Source: Setoptus koraiensis
Taxonomy: Eukaryota > Animalia > Arthropoda
DNA: 63,879 bases
Reading direction: 5' to 3'
Assembly (NCBI GenBank): GCA_048013815.1
Contig: CM106586.1
Coordinates: forward strand, 23,746,122 to 23,810,000
The notes below the pieces were generated by a model. The model was not told the DNA's origin and ran no database searches. It saw only the letters and a list, made by a program, of their open reading frames with translations. Shown in pieces: positions 49,222-60,405 of this stretch. The first letter of the stretch is position 1, and each line of letters starts with the position of its first letter. A program made the translations under genes and the position numbers.

Positions 49222-52200
49222 TGCACAGCACAATTACAACACACAATGGTCAAGTGTCAGCACAACACAATGGTCAGTGGCACTTGTTGCTGGCCGACGC
49301 TCGCTGACCGTTGCCGGCCACTGGCGGCAGTTGCGACCGCTGTCCCTGTTATAACAGTGTTAACATAACAGCGCACTTGACAGCGGCATAACGGCAACAC
49401 AACCTGCCAACACGACACACACACACGCTCGCCAGAATCTGATGACCAGATGAAAACAAAACGCTCAGCTGACTGGCCCGAGATCAGCTGGCTCGCCTGT
49501 GCTAATCGCTGCTCACCTGTGCTCACCTGTGAATGCGAGCGAGCGGTGCCATAGTGGCGCAGTGATGGCCCGACAGGCGCAACATCCCAATGGGCCCAAT
49601 CGGCACAATTGGCGCAATCGGCACAAATGGCGCAAGCGAGCGAGCGACCAACGGACTCGGCGAGACGCGGCGAGACGCGTCAAGTGGCCGGCATTGTTGT
49701 CATCGCGGCCCGCTCATTAATCATTGTTATAGGCCACTAATGAACTGTTTGGCGCCTCCACTCGATATTGCGGCGGCGGCAGCGGCAGCGAGCGGCCCAA
49801 CCGTGACAGTTGCGTAACAGTGACACACACACTCGAATGTGTGTCAGTGGCGCATGCAAATTAATTTGTCCCGCGAGTGCGCCAAGCGACTCACGGCCTG
49901 TCAGTCGCTCGTTGTTGTTACAACTCAGTTTGGCTGCCAACTAACAGCTTTATCTGCTAACAGTGGCGACCTCTATGTCACCGGCAGCCACACCGCAGCG
50001 CAGCGCGGCGCACTTACGTAAGCAGTTAGGCAAGCGGCGTCAGTCGTTGCGTCGGGCAACTTTGCACAGTTTGCAGCGCTCGCGTTGCACTTGCTGGCCG
50101 CGACAGTCGCTTGTTTATATAGGCCGACGGCGTGCTGCTGGTGACAAGTGACGATCGTTCTTTTCCAATTGTTTAATTAATAGCCTCGAGCTAGAATCCG
50201 ACAAACGCACCGCGCACAGTGCGCGCACAGTCGTGAATTCGTCACTAACAATGAGCTGGCGCGCGCGCGTACATGCCACAGTGAGCCGTGCAACTTATTT
50301 CGGGCCAGCAACCAATTGGAGCGCGAAATTTGCATACGCGCACTAACAGTTAGCGCGACTAACCGGGCCTAACTAGGGCCGCCTGTGTCTTGTTTGTTTC
50401 GCTTGCACGGGCTTCGGCGGCCCCGATTGCGCGACTCCATTATATTTTGTCGTGCCGTCGCTCGTCGTGCCGTCGCGCCACAGCACAGCGAGCGGCGCAC
50501 GGCCGACAAAATACACGGTGCGCGCATAGCGACCGTGCCACTGTGTCGCGCGACTAGCGACTAGCGAGCCACAACCATTAGTGCGCCCATTTGGTGGGCC
50601 ACACTCGCAGTTGCGTCTGAACGATTTTGCTGCGCCGATTCGCTCGGAATGGCGCGCTCGCTCGCACGGGTTCGGCCCAACAACAGCGCCCACCACCGAG
50701 GCGCTGTTGTTGACAATTGGCGCGCCACGGAATAATGATTTGCCAACACGAGCCAGAGAGCAGCCAGAGAAATTGCAATTTCCGTCTCGTCGTCAGCGGC
50801 AGCCAGCGCCGGCGAGCCAGCGCTGACGAGCTGGCAGCGGCCCATCTAATTGCAGCGCGGCCCGAGCGGCGCCCCACTCAAATCACTATGACGGGTCCCC
50901 TGATTTCAATAAAATACGCGCACTGCACGAGCGCGCGCGCCGCGGCTCGCCAGACACGCGTATAAATAATAATAATAATCACAATTCGCATCACAATATT
51001 CGCGATATTGGCGATATTGGCGATGTTCGCAATGTTCGCGATATTGGCATATCCGCGTATTCGCATGATCGCGAATTCGAGAATTTCTGTGTTCGCAGAC
51101 TCGCGTGCTCGCCCGTCCGCGCGCTCGCCCGTTCGCGTATTCGCCGCATTGTTTATTTGTCGCTCGTGCCCTATAAGCTGCTGGCTGCGGCTGCCTCATT
51201 ATTAATTGGCCGCACTGCGTGCCTATTCCCGCTCTGCGTCTCCTCCATTCCGCGCTCCATTCCGCGCTCCATTCCCCGGTCGCCGGTGTCGCCTGGGCCG
51301 CTCCACGGCGCGCCCACTCGACCTATAACCCTAGCCACCCTAGCGCTCGCAGGCCACCAGATATAGGCCGCTAATTTATTGTTGCCGGCGCTGTCAGAAC
51401 GCGACGCCAGCCGCACAATAAAAAGTTGTTGTCGCTGGCCATCGAGCGGCGCTTCCAGTCGCCCCCACATGCGGCCACTGATTGATGAGCGTCTCGGCGG
51501 CCGCACATGGCGCACTGGCCGGCGTGTTGCTGCTGTTGCTGTCGGTCGCTGTTGCTGTCGGTCGCTGTTGTTGTCGGTTGCTGTTGTTGTCGGCGCGGTT
51601 GTTGTGGCTGCTGCTGGCCGACGGGAGCCGACAACAGAACAGCTAGTCAGCGCGAGAGGGAGCGAGCCGCAAATGAGCAACAACAACAGCGCCGTCTGAA
51701 TAAATAGAATGCGCTCGGCCAATTGGCCGGCCGACAGCGAGAATCGGCGCGCCGACGACGAGAATTGGCCCGCCGACAATTGGAGTTGGCGAGAGTCGCA
51801 ATTGGAGCACGACCATGCGAGCTGCCAATGCAACGGCCAACAGAGCGCAGATTCTCCATTAGAGTAATAGTTTAATTTAGCGCCGCTCGCTCTGCGGACG
51901 GCGCCTCGTTTCACCTGTTTGTATTGTTCGGCTGGCTCTCGCACTGGCTTCCATTCGGCTTCCATTGGCTTCCATCGGCTTCCATCGGCTTCCATTCGGC
52001 CAGTCTCAGCAGCGGCTCCGCTGGCCGCCACACGAGACTGTGTGAGAGCGGGCACAAGCCAATTCTCGCAGAGTCGCTCGTCGGCATCCGTGCGCCGGCC
52101 GATTAGCAGTGGCGGCGTTCGCGCCGTTCGCTGCAAACCGGCCGCACGCCGGCTCAAAAATAAACTCATTATCTGGCCTGCGATGGCTGCCAACAGCAAC

Positions 52201-52776
52201 TATTTATTCTTCGCGAGCTCGCCGCTGCCAATTGAATTTGAAATTGGCAGCACCCTCATGGTAATTGGCGCAATTGGCAATCTTGGCTGGGCCGGCCGTC
52301 GCTTCTCGGCACTCTGTTCTTGCCACACTCTAACACACTACCGACACACACTCGACACCAAAAGCGATATACCGGCCCGTCTGTTTTTGCACACTGTTGG
52401 CCCTGGCACAATTCTAGCCCTGCGCACCATTTTGCGCCCATTTGTGCCTGTTTTGTGCCCATTGTGTGCCCATTTCGTGCCTGTTTTGTGCCTGTTTTGT
52501 GCCGTCTCGGCCGGCCAGCTTCTGGTCAGTGCCTCGAAAGTCTGTTTGTTCGAGTGCCGGTTGGCCGGCAGCGCACCTTGAACCTATAACACGATTGCGT
52601 AACAACACGATAGTATGACAAGATAGTATGAGATACGACGACAACACACTCGCAGACGCTCGCAGTGCGTCTGTGAGCGGTGGCGATAATGATACCACGG
52701 CCACTCTGTTGTGGCCAGTGCCGGCCACTGTTACGCTGGCGCTCATCGCACCGGCTGTTGGCTGGCCATTGTGTCG

Positions 52777-52866
52777 TGTGTTGTTGTTGTTGTTGTTGTT
52801 GTTGCTGTTGTTGCTGCTGTTGCTGTTGTTGCTGCTGTTGTTGCTGTTGCTGCTGTTGCCGTTGTT
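52777..52866. repeat. (GTT/GCT)n trinucleotide tract
   Basis: Seen directly. Confidence 0.9.
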
Positions 52867-55800
52867 GTCGCTGTTGTCGGGCAGAAGCCAAACAATTTTG
52901 CTGGCTCCAAACAGCGAGCAGTTGCGCCAATTTGCAGCGCCAACTTGCGACCAGCGCCGACATGCGACCAGGTATCGCAACACAACGCATAGGGCACTCG
53001 TAATTTGCACTTGTAACATTCGCAAATGAACATGTTATTTCCATTGCCGTGTGTCAGCGTTGCCAGCCAGCCAACGAGAGCGGTATTACGTAAGATCACG
53101 GTGTTACGTGTGTCTGCGCAAATTGCGCAAGGGTAAAGGGCTCATTCACCTGGCGCACACACAGCGACAGCGACACAAAAGTTGCCACTCGTCTAATTAA
53201 CCTGTTGTTTGCTTGTTGTTGTTTGCTTGTTGTTGGTGTTGTTGTTGTGTGTGTGTGCCGGATAATGACCATTCAAAGCGACACGCGAGCGCAATTTAAT
53301 TCTCGACGCAAAATTGGCTCTCTCGGCACCAGTGGCACCAATTGAAGCGGCGTCATCAGATCAGCCGCAGACGTTTAACAGAAATGGTGCGCATCATTGT
53401 GTGCATGATGCCAGCTCACCTGTGTTGTCATGTGTTTGTATGATGACGCAACTGACAACAAGCTGGACAACAAACAAGTGGCACAACAAGTGGCCAAAAC
53501 AGGCGCTGAAAAGAAGCCACAAGTTGCCAGAACCAGTTGAATCGGTGGCCAGTGTCGGCCGGACAAAGGGAAATCTTTTGAGCTTGAGGACACTCAAAGG
53601 ACCACTGTTGCTCCATTATTCAATTATGCCACAAAACTTTATTATCTACTGCTTGCCAGTGATTGTTGCCAGTGTGATTGCATTGTGCAACCTCTCTCTC
53701 TCTCTCAAGCCATAATATTACAGAATGTGCGATTATCCGACACACCGACCATTTCTGACACGCACAAATGTTGTAAATGGCACGTTCGTGATGATTGGCC
53801 AGTCTGTGTTTGTACTTATGCTGCTGCTGCTCACCAACAAATGGGAGCTCCACTCAACAATGCCACTCACCTGTAATCTGGTAATTTGCTTGGTGCTGGC
53901 CAACTGGACACACACTACACAGGTACATATGTGTACATGCAGTATGTCCAGTGTATACAGTATGCCCGGTATATGCATGACACCCAGTCGCAACATATAT
54001 ATAAATTATTATTAGGCTGGCTGGAATAACAACGATGCGTCAGGCAACAAGTCGGTTAGTTGATTGACCAGCCAGCGCCGGTAAATGTGCCAAGTGCAAA
54101 TGATCTCGGTCGGGCCACACAAGCACGCGTATACATTAATTGAATCGATACTATCCAGACCAGACCGTCGAGAGATGCCGGCCAAACAGCAATGGTCAGA
54201 TTTCTCGTCTCTCATTGCATCACACGATTGAGCATTCATTTTGCTGCTGCCGCTGCTGCATGGTATCCCGTTTACCTTCATCGGCAAGCATCGGCAAGCA
54301 TCGACAAGCATCAACAGCTACAACAGTAAACGGCAAATGTAGCAAATGGAGCAAGCAAGTGCCAGCTAGCCAATAGCTGCTATAAAGGCAACAAAACGAT
54401 CAAAGTTGCCTGTCCGATCAATCATCGTCAGCATCACTATTTTGATTAATCGATCGATTGTTGACTGACTAGACTCGCCTTGGAGAGGCTCAACCAAACC
54501 AAGCCGAACCAAGCCAAACTGAACCGAACTGCACTCAAGTCAACAATCCATTCTTAAATGGCACCACTGCCTCTTCTTTCTTGCCAGTTAACAACAGCAT
54601 TATCACTTGTGTTTGTGTTGCAATGCAATCATGAGATCATGATGTAATCATAGCATCACACATTGGGTGCAGGGTGCTCCAATGGCCCAACTGCAACTAC
54701 CTTGTCGAGCTTCTAATCTTTGTGTAGTTCACACAGGTGACCAGGCTCAACTATCTCGATAGCATGCAACTATATTCGTCGTTTGTCGAGCCATGTTCAG
54801 CCAGACACTATCCACAATCGGCAGATAGTAATGATGAGCATCGCGCATAAACACCAATCAATAAATAAATTTGATTTTTAGATTGTAGCCCGCCAGTGGG
54901 CTGGCACTCTGAATGTTAGTCTGTATTTTGTGTTTTGTATGTTTGTAATTTGTGCCAGTTGTTGCAGCAGCTACATAGATCCGATCAAGATGCAACACCA
55001 AAAGAGCTGCACCATACCAACCAATACCAATAGCAGACTGAAAAGAGTCAAACAAAATGATTAACATGTTGCAGACGCGTCCTAGACACAAAGTCAATCG
55101 GCTGGTCAGTTGAAAATTCATCTCATTTCTCGCTCCTATTTGAAGGAAATAAAATGGCCATTTGAAAATCAAATGAGCTAAAGCTAGTATGTAAATGTGT
55201 CAAGTAAACATTGAGCTAATTTGATTTTGAGCGACACTCAGTTAGTCACTGGCCAACAATCTTTTCTTATAGCCAGCTCATTGCCAGTAGCTCTAATGCA
55301 CTCGCAGCCCTTGTTTCTAATCGATGTAGCCATTGTATTACAGTATCCAATAATAAACAGTCGATCCGCGGATAAAGGAAGACTCGCCAGATGTACCTGT
55401 CCTTTGGTCAGTGTTCGCGCCCAGCCGAAGCCGCAAACTTTTAATTGTAATCAACGATTAACAATTAGATAACTTTTTCAACAATTCTCTCCTGTGTGTG
55501 TGCACTAAAAGCAATTAGACATAAAGAAGCAACGTGATAAAACGAAATGAACCTAACTTGAATCTTGTAGCTCAGACACTGTTGTTGTTGTTGCTGCTGC
55601 AAATTTCTCATAATAATGTCGATGGACAATAATAAGCTTCATTATCTCACTCTGGCTTCTCTCCCTCTTATATCAGACCATTTCTCTTGTTTATGCCCAA
55701 GCTCTGGCATTATCATTATTATCGCAGCCTGAATGGACTAGACCAAACATGCCCATTAATGATCTACTCACCGCATTAGTTTGCCTCTTGATCACCTGTT

Positions 55801-56723
55801 GTTGGCCCACTCCAACCGTCGGCATATCCGTTCTCTAGCAGACCACGTTCTTCATGGGTCGTCGGCTATTGTAGCATTGTATCGATTACTACCGATAGAT
55901 TCATTATAGCACTACAAGTAAGCGAGCGTCTATCAGTTTATCGGTAGCATGAATTTACACTTTACTTCAATTCAGCTTGCATTGTACACACCAAGTTCTT
56001 TAAAAAAAAATCGTGTTAATTAACTAAATTAGAGTGGTGGCCCTTCTTTGTGTGTAAGCTGCTGTTAGTTATGGTGGTGGTAGAGGTAGCAGTAGCGGCA
56101 ACAACAGCAGCAACAGTGATGATGGTGCTACTACTTTTGCTCTGTTCCTGTTACGTAATGGAGAAAAGAAAAAAGTGAAAAAAAAGAAGCTGCCTCTATC
56201 TCGGTTGTAATCACTAACTCTGTTCGATCACTAATATCAGCTGGCCATCTAATAGTGTTCGTCTATACCTTCACTGCACACAACATACACAAAAGATATA
56301 TTCAATGTAGTATAATATAATAGAGTTGTAGTTGAGCATGGTGGCTGAGAGAATCATTCTTTCCACTTGGCAATGGTTCTTCCATCTTGCTTGTTATAAT
56401 CGTCGGCAATCATCGTTATCATCGTGCTAGCTATGAACCACTCGCCATACCAAGATCAGAAAGAGTCAGACTAATTTGATTGGCCGACTAAAATCTAAGC
56501 AAACCATTCTCAAATTAATTGCTCCCATTTCTGGACGTTCGCGCTGCAGCACATGCTGCTCTCATTGTATGTATGGACTAAAAGTAGAATTTTTCAAAGA
56601 CTAGCCGAAGTGTTTCCAGTCTACACTACTCTATCGAAAGTACTCCTCTAAAACTTCTAACAATCTTTGTAAGAGATAGTAATTTTATTACAAAAACGAT
56701 CTTATTCGGACGATAATCTTTTA

Positions 56724-57914
56724 TTAAGATTCTGCGGCGGCTGTCTTGGCCTCGGCATCTAGCTTGGCGACAACTGCCTTCTTCTTCAATGAGACCTTGT
56801 TCTTGCGAGCGGCCAATGTAAGCTTCTTCTTGGCGAAACGTTTAGGCTTGCCAGCTTGTTCCTTCTTGGGGGCCTTCTTTTCTGGATCTGGGTTAGCACG
56901 AATGGCCGCATGCGCCTTCTTGTAAACTTCCTCCAGAGTTTCTGATGTGATGCCCTCTTTAATGTAGCGTGAGAATTGCTTCTGGTAGGCTTTTTCGTCT
57001 TCCTCTTGAAGTAATTTCATATATTCTGCTACGTGATGACCAAAAATGTGATTGCGATGAACTTCAGCGCTAAACTCTTTAGTGCTCGCATCATAACCAG
57101 GGAATCGCTTTTCGCTGTGAGGCACATCAATACCGCCATCACAGGCACCTTTCATGACACCAAAGATACGGGCACCGGTTGAGGTACGAGCTAAACCTAC
57201 ATCGAGATAGGCACGGAATGCGCCTGGTTGATCGTCGGCATCTTCAACGCTGAAAACTTCACCATCTACCTCGGTTTGTCCTTTATAGATACCATCCAAT
57301 TTGAATTGCTTCAGCATACGACGAGCTAATAGTAGTCCGGTGCAGTATGCAGCAGCGTAGTTAGTTAGGCCGACCTTAACTCCGTAACGTGGAAGTTCAT
57401 GTGCGTAAGCGGAACATACAACAACATCACCCTGGATCTTGGCGTAGGCTATTTGCGTGATGATATCCTTATTTGTTATTCTAACTACTAGCCTGTATTT
57501 AGGGGTGTTATATTTATTCTTGTCCTGTACAACAAGCCTCTTTCTGGCGTAGTAGTCTGTTTTACCCTCTGTGGTCGCGCAATATTGGTCATAGATAGAG
57601 AATTATGGAGTGTGGGGTGGAAAATAAACAAGTTAGAGTTTGCTCGAGTACGTTTTGATACTGAATAAATTTTCAAACGGATGCATACCTCTGCGCCTCT
57701 TGAACTTGACTTGGAACCTTTTAAAGTAGGCTTTGCTTTTGACGTTTTTCACGAAAGCCTAAATCAGATGGAGTTACACGGAATTTTGGGGACAATGACA
57801 TGAATCTAATTAATTGACTGGCATATGCACAAATTTTTAGTCTAGGAAATAATGTTGGGGAACAACGAGCCAAATCCGGGGGTGGGTCAACCAGAAAAGA
57901 ACAGCACTTACCAT
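56724..57914 (-). CDS. RPL5: 60S ribosomal protein L5 (uL18); exons 57914-57912, 57758-57689 and 57568-56724; 305 aa
   Basis: M|[24 protein letters not shown]|[45 protein letters not shown] and [16 protein letters not shown]. All introns are GT-AG and in frame. Confidence 0.98.
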
Positions 57915-58431
57915 TTTGAATCAAATGTCTCCTTAGATAAATTCCTTAGATAAATTGAATCAGTGTTATTGGGGTCCTCAAACAGTGTGTCAGTTGGTAT
58001 AAATTTAAATTAATAATGATTCCAATTTGAAATGATAACAATAGATAGTGGCAATTAATGGGATGACCGCACCAGATGCTGATGCCAGATAGAATGGCGA
58101 CACTGTAACATGGTAATTCCAAGGCACGGCAAGGCACACGCGTCTTGCACTCATGCCGGTGACTTCCTTTGGACGCATTGCGCACGCTCCAATGCTGCGC
58201 GCCAAAATCAAACATCAAAACATTTTTTTTTCTGTTCCCCATATTTCAGGTACCAGTGCTCACTTGTTACGACCATGTGTCCTTCTGTTAGTGGTTGCAA
58301 CTTTTACTGTTATTACATTAAAATTTATTACCTCACTATTACCGTCGTTCTATCATGAAATATCACTCAAAATATCTGGACATACGACTTAATTAATTGG
58401 TATAACTTGATGCATTATCACACTGCCAAGC

Positions 58432-59163
58432 ATGAATGGACATCAAATAAACAACCTGGTGGACACGATAAATGAAGCATCACACAAAAGTAATCATCCA
58501 CAAGATAATGATGACTTTTGGGTTGACGCCGGAGCAAATCTATTATGTTTTTGCGACGATATTATAGAGAAAGGGCCAGAAAGTGTCAACAATTGGATAC
58601 CTAAGGAAGCGCAAATGACAAAAAATGACGGATATAGTCAACTCAAACAAAGCCAATCCTCTAAGGACAACAAAAAGTGTATTCTAGAGGCATTATTTAC
58701 AACCATCACGAAAATACCCAGCGCCAATGAACCATTCGACAATCCAATCTGGAGTCAAAGACTTCACAACGACTACGGATTGCAGATAGATAAAACTAAA
58801 TCATTCTACGAACTAACCCTCTCCTATATTTGTTCCCTAATCAGTCAAATGTTTCCAGATAGATTTGTCTACGTGGAGTGTCTACTACTGAGAAAAGCAT
58901 TTGATACGAGTAACATTTGCTCACTTTTGGCAGCCGATGTACTCACGTTTGTCTGTCGTTTAATGAAACCAGAATACCGTATAGCTGTCTGTCAGCTCAC
59001 ATTCAATTTATGTAAAAAAGCTCCACCAAATGTGATATCAATTCCATTAGGTCTCATACAGAGAATACTAGATCAATACAATGACGACGGTCAAACAAGA
59101 AAGATATTCGAATCTCGAAATAATTACTCTCAAAGTCTGGAGGCCTTTTATGATCAACAATAA
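58432..59163 (+). CDS. Probable short FIRRM/C1orf112 (DUF4487)-like helical protein, 243 aa, intronless
   Basis: SFYELTLSYICSLI..PDRFVYVECLLLRKAFDTSNICSLLAADVLTFVCRL resembles, from memory, the C1orf112 segment LYQHVCVHLCTFI..PSLFAELDAALLNAVLSANMITSLLAMDAWCFLARY. Needs an HMM search. Confidence 0.55.
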   Translation: MNGHQINNLVDTINEASHKSNHPQDNDDFWVDAGANLLCFCDDIIEKGPESVNNWIPKEAQMTKNDGYSQLKQSQSSKDNKKCILEALFTTITKIPSANEPFDNPIWSQRLHNDYGLQIDKTKSFYELTLSYICSLISQMFPDRFVYVECLLLRKAFDTSNICSLLAADVLTFVCRLMKPEYRIAVCQLTFNLCKKAPPNVISIPLGLIQRILDQYNDDGQTRKIFESRNNYSQSLEAFYDQQ

Positions 59164-59310
59164 CATCTAATGGACGAGGCCGTTCATTTCTATTACATCC
59201 ATCTGATGCGAATATTTTTAGCCAACAATCAAATTAAATTGTCCCAACAATATCCATTCATCTGATACCGCCACATTATTGTCAATTATGATCAATTAAT
59301 TAATGATTAA

Positions 59311-60185
59311 TTAATGAACTGCTTGTGATCTTACTCTCTCTATTTCCGCGTTGATCTTTTTCTCTGCTGAGGCATCTCCCTTTGCAAACTTGCTCAACTT
59401 CTCTTCTTCCTCCTTCAATTTCTTTATCATATCATTCAGACTTTCTACATTTCCCTCCAATGCATCCTCTCTGATATCTGGAGCCATTTGTCGCCAAGCA
59501 AATCTCAACAAGATACAAGCTTCGCTACCGTCCATACCACGCTTTACATGAGACCAAATGTCGATCATGGACTTGCGCATACTCTTGTACTTTTCATTCT
59601 CCACCAACTTAGTATGACTTTCGAGCTTCATTTCCAATTCTTTTCGAAGCAATCGCTGGCTCCAAATTCTTGGTAACGGATTGCCCTCTTCAATTGTACG
59701 AGTGTGGGTAAAGAAAGGATGTTTGGTTAGATCTTATCGTCAAGTATTTGATGACTTTATCAACAATGAAAAACATATAACTTACGCTTGGCTCCCTCCG
59801 GATACAATTCCTCGCGATACTTGACAACATATTCCTTGTACTCTTTGATAGGAGCAATGTAATATTGATAATCTATCACAGAATACTCTTCCGCTAATGG
59901 CTTGAATCTTGCAATGGCATCCGTACAAACCGACTCATCGACATCTATGTCCATGGTCTTCCAAAAGTAACTAATGTCAGCGGCAAAATTAGAAGTTGGA
60001 CCAATCTCTTTATCCATATTTTTCACTATCTTCGACAATTCTTTGTAGCCCGATGGTCTGATTGCGTTTGGTAGATAGAAAGTGAAGAAGGTACCGAGAC
60101 TAAATTGAAAGCCATCTATAATGATCAATGCGATGATCACTGAAGACGCGAGTACATTCACAGTTTTCAAGCTACCCTTTGACAT
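59311..60185 (-). CDS. Uncharacterised protein with N-terminal signal peptide/anchor; exons 60185-59786 and 59687-59311 (258 aa)
   Basis: C|GTAAGT donor, CTAAC branch point, pyrimidine tract and first downstream AG join two ORFs in frame (98-nt intron). Hydrophobic N-terminus VLASSVIIALIII..FSLG. Confidence 0.6.
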
Positions 60186-60405
60186 ATTTCTTTGTTTGTT
60201 TCAATGCTCAACGCTTCTGATAATTATTCAAATTGAATTTATGGGAGGGTTTTTGTCTGCCACGACGTCCCTATAACTAAATTAAACCTATAGATTAATT
60301 TGCACGAGACAACTCAGACTAGCAGCTATCAATGAGGATGTTAAAATGTTTAAAAAACTTTTATTTATGAGTATAACTTTGCGTCAATAGCGAATCATAG
60401 ATGAA

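Larger units (their letters stand above)
27902..56723. other. About 29-kb non-coding region 5' of the AP-2 coding exon (regulatory landscape and/or long 5' introns)
   Basis: No ORF with recognisable domains or normal composition; dense in CpG, short palindromes and tandem microduplications. Confidence 0.7.

Noticed and set aside
50373-50696. ORF segment VLWRDGTTSDGTTKYNG resembling the vertebrate AP-2 N-terminus
   Set aside because: The similarity arises from a short tandem duplication, the spacing does not match, and no supporting splice donor was found.
54858-55172. 104-aa ORF with a hydrophobic-looking middle
   Set aside because: Starts at a non-ATG codon, no family recognised, and no convincing spliced model could be built.
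15048-56400. Hundreds of 60-340 aa ORFs in the AP-2 region (e.g. 51171-52199, 47891-48697, 39791-40561, 52526-53044)
   Set aside because: They overlap on both strands, are low-complexity or translate simple repeats, and have no domain motifs. They are expected in GC-rich, stop-poor repetitive DNA.
57759-57911. Intronic snoRNAs in RPL5 (a common host gene)
   Set aside because: Neither the 153-nt nor the 120-nt intron shows C/D boxes or an H/ACA double hairpin by eye; an Infernal scan would be needed to exclude them fully.
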